Source: Mycoplasmoides pneumoniae FH
Lineage (GTDB): Bacteria > Bacillota_I > Bacilli_A > Mycoplasmatales > Mycoplasmoidaceae
NCBI RefSeq assembly: GCF_001272835.1
Contig: NZ_CP010546.1
Coordinates: 482,809-514,808, forward strand
Length of the DNA stretch: 32,000 nt
Reading direction: 5' to 3'
Each line of letters starts with the position of its first letter. Positions within the stretch are counted from its first letter, which is position 1. The translations under genes were made by a program, and so were the position numbers. The notes beneath the pieces are model-generated. The model was not told where the DNA came from. It did not search any database and saw only the letters and a list, made by a program, of their open reading frames with translations. Shown one piece after another: positions 8,150 to 17,171 of the stretch.

Positions 8150-9826
8150 TCCCACTTCTCCCCCACCCTTTCCCGGTTCTCCACCGGGTTCAACCTCGCG
8201 GGGGCACTCCTTGACCAGGTGTTGGATTACGTGCCCTGGATTGGGAATGGGTACAGGTATGGGAAGAACCACCGGGGCGTGGATGATATAACCGCGCCTA
8301 AAACCGGCGCGGGGTCGTCCAGCGGAACTAGTACGAACACAAGTGGTTCGCGTTCCTTTCTCCCGACGTTCTCGAATGTCGGCGTTGGCCTCAAAGCCAA
8401 CGTCCAAGCCACGCTTGGTGGCAGTCAGACGACGACTACAGGCGGCTCCAAATGACCCACCCTCGACCAAGCCAACCTCCTGCTCTGAACCGGCGCGGGG
8501 TGAAGGAATGATAAGAACGGACAAAGTGACGAAAACCACACCACCTTTAAAAGCGCTACGGGCAGTGGGCAGCAGGGTGGTTCTTCAGGTACCTCCGCGG
8601 GCAACCCCGACTCGTTGAAGCAGGATAAGATTAGTAAGAGTGGGGATAGTTTAAGTGTTGTGGATACGGGTCAAGGCGACGACACCCATTATGCTAATTT
8701 GCCACCAAGTATCACCCCCACATCCGACTGACCGAACGCGCTGTCATTCACCAACAAGAACAACGCGCAGCGGGTGCAGCTGTTCCTCCGCGGCCTGTTG
8801 GACAGCATCCCGGTGTTGGTGAATAAGAGTGGCCAAGATGATAACAGTAAGTTTAAGGCGGAGCACCAAAAATGAAAGTACTCCGACTTAAAGTCGGACC
8901 AAACCAAACTGAACCTCCCCGCTTACGGTGAGGTGAATGGGCTGTTGAATCCGGCCTTAGTTGAAACCTATTTTGGCACGACACGAGCGGGTGGTTCGGG
9001 GAACCAAAACAGTACAACCGTCCCCGGTATCGGTTTTAAAATTCCCGAACAAAATAATGATTCAAAGGCTGTGCTGATCACCCCCGGGTTGGCTTGAACG
9101 CCCCAGGACGTTGGTAACCTCGTTGTCAGTGGCACCACGGTGAGCTTCCAGCTCGGCGGGTGGCTGGTCACCTTCACCGACTTTGTCAAACCCCGGTCGG
9201 GGTACCTCGGCTTGCAGTTAAAGGGCTTGGATGTGAGTGAAGCGACGCAACGGGAGTTAATTTGGGCCCCCCGGCCCTGAGCGGCCTTTCGTGGCAGTTG
9301 GGTCAACCGGCTGGGCCGGGTCGAGAGTGTGTGGGATTTCAAGGGGGTGTGGGCGGATCAAACTCACAGCGCGGTGTCCGAGTCGCAAGCAGCTACAAGT
9401 GGTACCACCACCGCAACAGGGGCTGCCTTACCGGAGCACCCGAATGCTTTGGCGTTTCAGGTGAGTGTGGTGGAAGCGAGTGCTTACAAGCCAAACACGA
9501 GCTCCGGCCAAACCCAATCCACTAACAGTTCCCCCTACCTGCATTTGATTAAACCTAAGAAAGTTACCCAATCCGACAAGTTAGACGACGATCTTAAAAA
9601 CCTGTTGGACCCCAACGAGGTTCGCGCCAGAATGCTCCAATCATTTGGTACAGAAAATTCCACCCAAGCCCAGCCCCAGTCGCTCAAAACAACGACACCG
9701 GTGTTTGGGGCCATGAGTGGTAACCTCGGCAGTGTGCTTAGTGGTGGGGGTACCACGCAGGGCTCAAGCTCAGGTCAATCTGGCGTGGATCTCTCCCCCG
9801 TTGAACGGGTGAGTGGGTCACTAACT
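8150..9826 (+). repeat. RepMP2/3 copy (silent cassette homologous to the central/C-terminal part of adhesin P1)
   Basis: GC content jumps abruptly at 8150. The translation (TGA=Trp) reads [132 protein letters not shown]. This is near-collinear with the P1 (MPN141) sequence as I recall it. Similarity and GC content end near 9826. Confidence 0.85.
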
Positions 9827-9850
9827 ATTAATAGGAACTTTTCTTATTAA
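8219..9850 (+). CDS. P1 adhesin-like ORF carried by the RepMP2/3 cassette (start uncertain, probably not independently expressed)
   Basis: The frame is open from 8150 to TAA 9848-9850 with only TGA interruptions. The first possible start is GTG 8219, and there is no ATG for ~1.4 kb. No promoter-like sequence is present, because the cassette abuts the upstream lipoprotein stop. Confidence 0.5.
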
Positions 9851-9914
9851 TAAGAACTTTTTTGAAAAAAGTTTTGAATTTATTTTGGTGTCTTTACTAA
9901 CTTAAAGCAATTTA

Positions 9915-10187
9915 GTGAACGAATACCCAAAAAGTATGAAATTAGTTAAATTAGCGAGTTTTCACCGCTTTTTAAAACAAGACCAATTGCAACTTGTTCC
10001 TTTGTTTAGTCCAAACTTTTTGCAAGTTTTATTGGCGCTTTTCAATAAACCGGTCAATTTATTTAGTGAAAACACAACAATGAAAACAAATAAAAAATAC
10101 GCCTTTGCGGTGTTACTAATGCAAGCTCAAGCTAAGCTCCCAAATTCATTTAAATTCTTTCTTTCAAAGAAAGGAGGTATGGCTTAA
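9915..10187 (+). CDS. Possible small ORF (90 codons) upstream of and overlapping the DUF16 gene start
   Basis: The frame stays open through AT-rich DNA with no TAA, TAG or TGA. Its TAA (10185-10187) overlaps ATG 10187 in a TAATG arrangement. It starts at GTG, shows no recognisable motif and has random-looking Leu/Phe/Lys-rich composition. Confidence 0.2.
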   Translation: MNEYPKSMKLVKLASFHRFLKQDQLQLVPLFSPNFLQVLLALFNKPVNLFSENTTMKTNKKYAFAVLLMQAQAKLPNSFKFFLSKKGGMA

Positions 10188-10633
10188 TGAAAGAGAAAAT
10201 TCCGTTTTATAACGAAAAGGAATTTAACGAGATGATGAAAAAGACCAAAAAGGGCACTTTTTCGGGATGATACATCATTAATCCAGAAAACAACAGTGTG
10301 GAATTCTCTGGCAGTTTCAATAGACAATTTAAACTTAACAAACCGATTATCCCAGTGAACACGGAATACGTAACGCGTAAAGAGTTCAACGAGTACAAAG
10401 ACTCAAACGACCAACGACTTATAAAGATTGAAACCACTTTGACCGCCCAAGGTGAACAAATCAACAAATTGACTCAAACTGTTGAAAAACAGGGCGAACA
10501 AATTAGAGAACTTCAAGTGGAGCAAAAAGCTCAGGGTGAGCAAATTAAAGCTCAGGGAGAAACCTTAAAGCTAATCTTGCAAACGCTGCAAAAAATGAGT
10601 GATCGTTTGGACAAAATTGATCCACCCAAATAG
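10187..10633 (+). CDS. DUF16 (UPF0134) family coiled-coil protein (148 aa)
   Basis: AAAGGAGG lies 9 nt upstream of ATG 10187. The N-terminus [42 protein letters not shown] (TGA=Trp at 10268) is the family signature as I recall it. The C-terminal coiled coil carries reiterated QGEQI units ([32 protein letters not shown]). Stop is TAG 10631-10633. Confidence 0.85.
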
Positions 10634-10774
10634 TTTTAGGCTGAAAATAAAAATACTAGCAATTAGTCTTAAAAACAAGCTGTTGGTATTTTTTTATAGA
10701 TAAAAAGTTAACTGTTTAAAAAAGCAAATGATTAAATTTTATTCAAATACAAATAAGTAAGTAATCACGATGAA

Positions 10775-11533
10775 TTACTTAATCAAATGCTGTAAGTAGG
10801 TGAATAAATTAATTTGTTTTTCGTTAGCACTGTAAGTAATATAGTCTTTTAAAAAAATTTTATCCAGACTTTTTCTGCTAAGTTCATCTTGTCCTTTTAA
10901 TGATCAAATCAGTGAAAGATCAAGCTGAATCCATTCTGTAATTATTTGTTGACTTTTATCTTGATCTTGAAAATTTTCATCTTTAACAATGAAACTTTTT
11001 TCTGTAAATTGTTTTTTTGAATGAGATTTAATACTAAGGAAAAGATCGAAATTATGCTTACCGCCATTATTGGCAGTGAAACTTTTTTCTCCAAAATAAC
11101 TCCCATACCAATTAAAGATATAGCTTAACCTAGCATTAACTGAAAAGTCACTAAAGCTTTTATATTCCATATTGAAATACTCAACTTTCCGCTCCATTTT
11201 AAAATCGCTATTTTTTGTGGGGTTAGTTGCTTGATCGAAAGCAAGTTCCGCAATACCTAATTTACCCTCTTCAAAACTTTGTTTTCATGCGTCTAACAAC
11301 AATTTTGTTGTATCTTTCGGATTAACTTCGTAAGACTTCTTTGAAGAAGTTATTATGTTCTTTTTACCATCTGTAGTTTTAATTGATTTAGACAAATCAA
11401 TGTCTTTACCGGTGGCTTCTTTAATAAGATTTCTAAGATCAGCTTGGATACCAGTGCAAGCGCTTAAAATTGTTCCACATAACAAAAATAAAGAACCAAA
11501 AGCAAACCTTGACAAAAATTTCTTTTTGCGCAT
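10775..11533 (-). CDS. Lipoprotein (252 aa), M. pneumoniae multigene lipoprotein type
   Basis: ATG 11533 (the track began at TTG 11536). The N-terminus is [26 protein letters not shown], with lipobox LSAC. Track fragments 11285..11536 and 10904..11197 are in-frame and joined by TGA. TGA at 10904 is also read through, and the true stop is TAA 10775-10777. Confidence 0.85.
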
Positions 11534-11688
11534 CAACAGTAAAAATAGTTCATCAATTCTGCTTTTTTTGGAAAAGCACGCTCAAAAAAGAACTTCATTG
11601 AAATTTTCGGTTGATTTTTTTCTTAAAAAAGAACTTTTTTAACTTAGAAAATTTACTTTTGACATTTTTATTCACATAAATAAAAAAA

Positions 11689-11725
11689 GCCATCTGCCCA
11701 AGGTGAAAAAAACAGACGGCTTTTT
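11689..11725. terminator. Terminator-like hairpin flanked by an A7 run and a T5 run (bidirectional geometry)
   Basis: The stem is GCCATCTG (11689-11696) / CAGACGGC (11713-11720): 7 of 8 bp with a 16-nt loop. A7 lies at 11682-11688 and T5 at 11721-11725. Read on the minus strand, the hairpin is followed by T7. Confidence 0.35.
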
Positions 11726-11985
11726 GACGATTTTGAAACTAACAGCAAGTTGTAACTGTTAGTGATTTGAATGAAAAAAATATATGACCTTTAGTCTTTT
11801 TAAAACAAATAAATCAAATGTGCTGAAAGCCATTACGTTAACATAAGTAAATTAAGACATAAAAAATGAACACATTAATCAAATAAGTGTGGGAACAGAA
11901 AATCAGGCTTTCAACACAAAATTTTCGTTTTTCTGCTCCCACTAAATAAATTGAGTTGGTTTTTAAAAACCGCCAAAAAGATTAA

Positions 11986-12950
11986 AGTTTTAACCCCACC
12001 GATCCTTATCGGTTTGCCGTTTTACTCGTGCCTCGCAGCGTGGTGTACTATGAGCAGTTGCAGCGGGGGTTGGGCTTACCACAGCAGCGAACCGAGAATG
12101 GTCAAAATACTTCAACCACCGGGGCAATGTTTGGCTTGAAGGTGAAGGATGCCCAAAAAGACGACCAGAAGTCCTCGGAATATTTAAGTGGGGAGGCGGG
12201 AAGTCAAGCGGGTGGATCCACCCAAGGTACTTCCACCACCACCCAACGTAGGGGTTCGTCAAATGAAAACAAAGTCAAGGTGTTGCAGGTGGCGATGAAA
12301 AAGAAATCGGACTCGGAGGACAATGGTCAGATCGAACTTGAAACCAACAACCTCGCCAACGCCCCGATTAAACGGGGCTCCAATAACAACCAGCAAGTCC
12401 AACTCAAGGCGGACGATTTTGGTACCACCTCCAGTTCGGAATCTGGTCAATCAGGTACTCAAGGATCCACCCCAAGTAATCCGGGACCCTGAACCCCGTG
12501 GTTAACGACTGAGCAAATTCACAACGACCCCGCCAAATTCGCCGCCTCGATCCTGATCCTGTACGATGCGCCTTATGCGCGCAACCGTACCGCCATTGAT
12601 CGCGTTGATCACTTGGATCCCAAGGTGATGACCGCGAACTATCCGCCCAGTTGAAGAACGCCCAAGTGAAACCACCACGGTTTGTGGGACTGAAAGGCGC
12701 GCGATGTTTTGCTCCAAACCACCGGGTTCTTCAACCCGCGCCGCCACCCCGAGTGGTTTGATGGCGGGCAGACGGTCGCGGATAACGAAAAGACCGGGTT
12801 TGATGTGGATAACTCCGAAAACACCAAGCAGGGCTTTCAAAAGGAAGCTGACTCCGACAAGTCGGCCCCGATCGCCCTCCCGTTTGAAGCGTACTTCGCC
12901 AACATTGGCAACCTCACCTGGTTCGAGCAAGCGCTTTTGGTGTTTGGGAT
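11986..12950 (+). repeat. RepMP4 copy (silent cassette homologous to the N-terminal third of adhesin P1)
   Basis: GC-rich island. The translation reads ..NPTDPYRFAVLLVPRSVVYYEQLQRGLGLPQQRTENGQNTSTTGAMFGLKVK..ILILYDAPYARNRTAIDRVDHLDPKVMTANYPPSWRTPKWNHHGLWDWKARDVLLQTTGFFNPRRHPEWFDGGQTVADNEKTGFDVDNSENTKQGFQKEADSDKSAPIALPFEAYFANIGNLTWF. This matches the P1 N-terminal region as I recall it. Confidence 0.85.
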
Positions 12951-12963
12951 TTGTTTGTCTTAA
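12028..12963 (+). CDS. P1 adhesin-like ORF carried by the RepMP4 cassette (start uncertain)
   Basis: The frame is open from 11986 to TAA 12961-12963. Track ORFs 12028..12492 and 12709..12963 are in-frame and joined across TGA codons. Candidate starts are GTG 12028 or ATG 12127. Confidence 0.5.
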
Positions 12964-13005
12964 TTAACTAACAAAATTAATAAATAGGTCTATAGGTTAT
13001 ATTAG

Positions 13006-15047
13006 TACACCCCCTACACGCCCTTTACGACACCGCTCAATGGGGGGCTGGATGTAGTGAAGGCGGCCAATTTACACCCCTCATACGAACTCGTGGACTG
13101 AAAGCGGGTGGAGGATACCAAGTTGGTGGCGCTGGTCCGTTCAGCGTTGGTCAGGGTGAAGTTTCAAGATAGTTCGAGCCAACAAGGCACTGAGAGTAAT
13201 GGCCAAGACCAAAATGCCCTTAGTTTTGATACCACCAAGTCCCAACAAGCCTTACAGCAAGCTGGCGATCAATCAGGAACTTCATCTAATTCCACCCAAG
13301 AAGACTTCGCCAGCTACATCCTCATCTTTAAAGCCGCCCCGAAGGCCACGTGGGTGTTTGAACGGAAGATTAAGTTGGCGTTGCCCTACGTTAAGCAGGA
13401 AAGTCAGGGTTCCGACGATCAAGGTTCCAATGGTAAGGGCTCCCTCTACACCACCTTAAAAGACCTCCTCGTCGAACAACCCGTGACCCCTTACACGCCC
13501 AATGCGGGGTTAGCCCGGGTGAATGGGGTTGCTCAGGACAAGGTGCATGGGTTGGAACAAACCACTCAATGAAACCAACAAGCCTCCCAAAAAAACCTCA
13601 CCAACAACCCCGCCCTCAAGGCCGTCACCGGCTTTAAGCTCGACAATGGCCGCGCGTACCGGAAGTTAAATGAAGCTTGACCGGTGTATGAACCCCTGGA
13701 TTCGACGAAGGATGGCAAGGGGAAGGATAAAGATGGGTGAACCACTTCCGGGGCGAGTGAGGCCAAAGGAGATGCCCCGTTGGTGAGCTCAACCGGGAGT
13801 CAAATGGCTGCAGTCACAGACAGTCAGCAATCAGGTCATAACAGTGGATTGGTATCGCTTGCCCAGCGCTCCACTACTGTTGCTGTCCAAAAAAGTGACT
13901 CTTCTGGTTTTCAAGGCCAAGGCACAACCGACAACAAATTCCAAAAATATTTAAACACCGCCCAGGCCTTGCACCAGATGGGTGTGATAGTGCCATCTTT
14001 GGAAACGTGACCTGGTAAACCAAGTACTGGAATCGCTACCCGTGCTGGTGGTGGTGTTTCAGTCCAAGCAGCGACCCGGCAATCGTCTTCTACAAATGAA
14101 GATTTGCCGAATGTAATAACACAGCTCTATCATACCTCCACGTCCCAACTCGCTTACTTAAATGGCCAGATCGTTGTGATGGGTTCAAACGCGGTACCGA
14201 GTTTGTGGTATTGGGTCGTGGATGAGCGAACCACGTCCGGGAGTGCGACTTGATGAGCGAAGACACATTTGAACTTCGGCACTGAAGTTCAAAAAAGCTT
14301 CGTTGAAAACCAGTTGGGGTTTAAAGATGACTCCAATTCGGATTCCAAAAATTCGAATTTGAAGGCCCAAGACCTCACCCAACCCGCCTACCTCATCACT
14401 GGCCTTGACGTTGTCCAAGACCACCTCGTCTTTGCGGCCTTCAAAGCGGGCGCGGTGGGGTATGATATGACGACTGATTCGAACGCTTCCACCAAAGACC
14501 AAGCGCTCGCCTGGTCGACCACGGCCGGGTTGGACAGTGCTGGGGGGTACAACAACCTGGTGGAAAACACGGCCGGACTGAACGGCCCGATTAACGACTT
14601 GTTTACCCTGCTCGACACCTTTGCCTATGTGACCCCGGTGAGTGGGATGAAAGGGGGGAGTCAGAATAACGAAGAAGTGCAGACCAAGTATCCCGTTAAG
14701 GATGATAGTAAGGCTTCCGCCAAAATTGCGTCCTTAATTAATGCCAGTCCACTCAACAGTTATGGGGATGATGGGGTGACCGTGTTTGATGCGTTGGGCC
14801 TTAACTTTAACTTTAAGTTGGACGAGGCGCGCTTGCCATCGCGCACCGATCAACTGCTTGTGTATGGGATTGTAAACGAAAGTGAACTGAAGTCCGCGCG
14901 CGAAAATGCCCAGTCGACCTCCGATGATAATTCAAACACCAAAGTCAAGTGAACCAAACCGCCTCGCACTACCTCCCCGTGCCGTATTACTACAGTGCCA
15001 ATTTCCCCGAAGCGGGTAACAGAAGAAGAGCGGAGCAGCGGGAATAA
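13006..15047 (+). repeat. RepMP5 copy (silent cassette homologous to ORF6/MPN142, the P40/P90 precursor)
   Basis: GC-rich. The translation includes ..PAYLITGLDVVQDHLVFAAFKAGAVGYDMTTDSNASTKDQALAWSTTAGLDS..LFTLLDTFAYVTPVSGMKGGSQNNEEVQTKYPVK..SLINASPLNSYGDDGVTVFDALGLNFNFKL..RLPSRTDQLLVYGIVNESELKSARENAQSTSDDNSNTKVKW. This matches ORF6 as I recall it. Confidence 0.8.
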
Positions 15048-15051
15048 TTAG
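13108..15051 (+). CDS. ORF6 (P40/P90)-like ORF carried by the RepMP5 cassette (start uncertain)
   Basis: A single frame is open from 13006 to TAG 15049-15051. Track ORFs 13108..13572, 13780..14010 and 14269..14952 are in-frame and joined only by TGA. The first candidate start is GTG 13108. Confidence 0.5.
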
Positions 15052-15095
15052 CATTTAAAAAGTTCTTTTAAAACAAATTTGAAATAAAAAGGATT

Positions 15096-15119
15096 CAAGA
15101 AATAAATTTCTTGTTTATT
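15096..15119 (+). terminator. AT-rich hairpin plus T-rich tail downstream of RepMP5
   Basis: CAAGAAAT-AA-ATTTCTTG is a perfect inverted repeat (15096-15113), followed by TTTATT. It is a weak, AT-only stem. Confidence 0.3.
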
Positions 15120-15280
15120 GTGAAAAATTCAAAAAAGCAACAATTTTTAAAGTGATTTCGCTTTGATTACAGACCATTTTTCAAAGCAAAATTAAAAAAG
15201 CTTTTTATCGTTTTTTGCATATAGAAAATTCAGCATTTATTAAGCTCAAAAAATAAGAAAAGCAGCAATTTCATAATTGA

Positions 15281-16436
<1,156 letters not shown>

Positions 16437-16444
<8 letters not shown>

Positions 16445-17171
16445 TCCAGTCTTAGTTTTTGATCAAGTTTCCCTTAAATATAACGGAGCACCACTTTTAG
16501 AAAACATTAACTTTACAATTTCACCTGGTGAACACATTTGCTTGTTGGGTAAATCTGGTGTTGGTAAAACTAGTCTTTTAAACTGCATTACTAACACCAA
16601 AACAATTTCGAAGGGAACCATTTATTTCAATGGTATTGCTTCTAATAACAAGGATTACAAACAATTAAAAAAACAGTTCAGTTTTTTAGATCAAGTACCT
16701 AATTTAATCGACACTGACTTCGTTTATGACGCCATTTGAAGGGAAGCGAAAAATAACCTGAAATGGTGACAACGGTTATTTTTAGTGGAACCTCAATCGC
16801 TAAGAGAACAAATTATCCAAATCCTTGAAGAGGTTAACCTAAAGGAATATGTCACTTACATTATTAAGGACTTGTCAGGTGGTCAAAAACAACGTGTGGA
16901 AGTAGCTAAATTGTTCTTTGCCAATTCCCAAGTTTTATTAGTTGATGAGCCCACTACTGGACTTGATTTAATCAATGCGCACAAAATCATGGAACTAATT
17001 ACCCAATTTGCGCGCCAAAAAGCAATGACCTTAATCTTTGTGACCCATGATGTTGAGTTTGCGCTCAAATACAGTGACCGTATTATTGCTCTAAAAAATA
17101 AGGCATTAGTTTTAGATCAAGCTACAAATAAGCTTACCAAACAAAAGTTAATGCAAATTTATCATGACTAG
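16437..17171 (+). CDS. p29: ABC transporter ATP-binding protein (p29)
   Basis: ATG 16437 overlaps the p37 stop (ATGGTTAA). Walker A is GKSGVGKTS, the ABC signature is LSGGQKQR and Walker B is LLVDEPTTGLD. The two track fragments are joined by TGA at 16737 and 16767. Confidence 0.9.

Noticed and set aside
8123-9756. Minus-strand and off-frame ORFs inside RepMP2/3 (8123..8539, 8227..8412, 8343..8618, 8689..8907, 8968..9342, 9262..9525, 9535..9756)
   Set aside because: They lie in GC-rich DNA where stop codons are rare. Their translations are Arg/Pro/Gly-rich with no motifs. The P1-like frame explains the whole interval.
10634-10774. Bidirectional terminator between the convergent DUF16 and lipoprotein genes (AAAAATAC...GTATTTTT around 10650-10700)
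   Set aside because: Only the 8 A/T-rich outer base pairs match and the inner stem is mismatched with a ~30-nt loop, which is too weak to call.
11951-14618. Alternative-frame and antisense ORFs in RepMP4/RepMP5 (for example 11990..12262-, 12502..12930-, 12704..12967+, 13199..13459+, 13566..13766-, 14185..14502-, 14388..14618-)
   Set aside because: This is the same GC-rich artefact. Each is shadowed by the long P1-like or ORF6-like frame.
9852-15067. AAGAACTTTTT(T) motif at 9852-9863, at 11629-11640 and inverted at 15057-15067, just outside the RepMP2/3 and RepMP5 ends, as a possible cassette-flanking recombination signal
   Set aside because: Matches of 11-12 nt in T-run-containing AT-rich sequence are expected by chance many times in a 32-kb window on two strands. 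No longer flanking similarity was seen.
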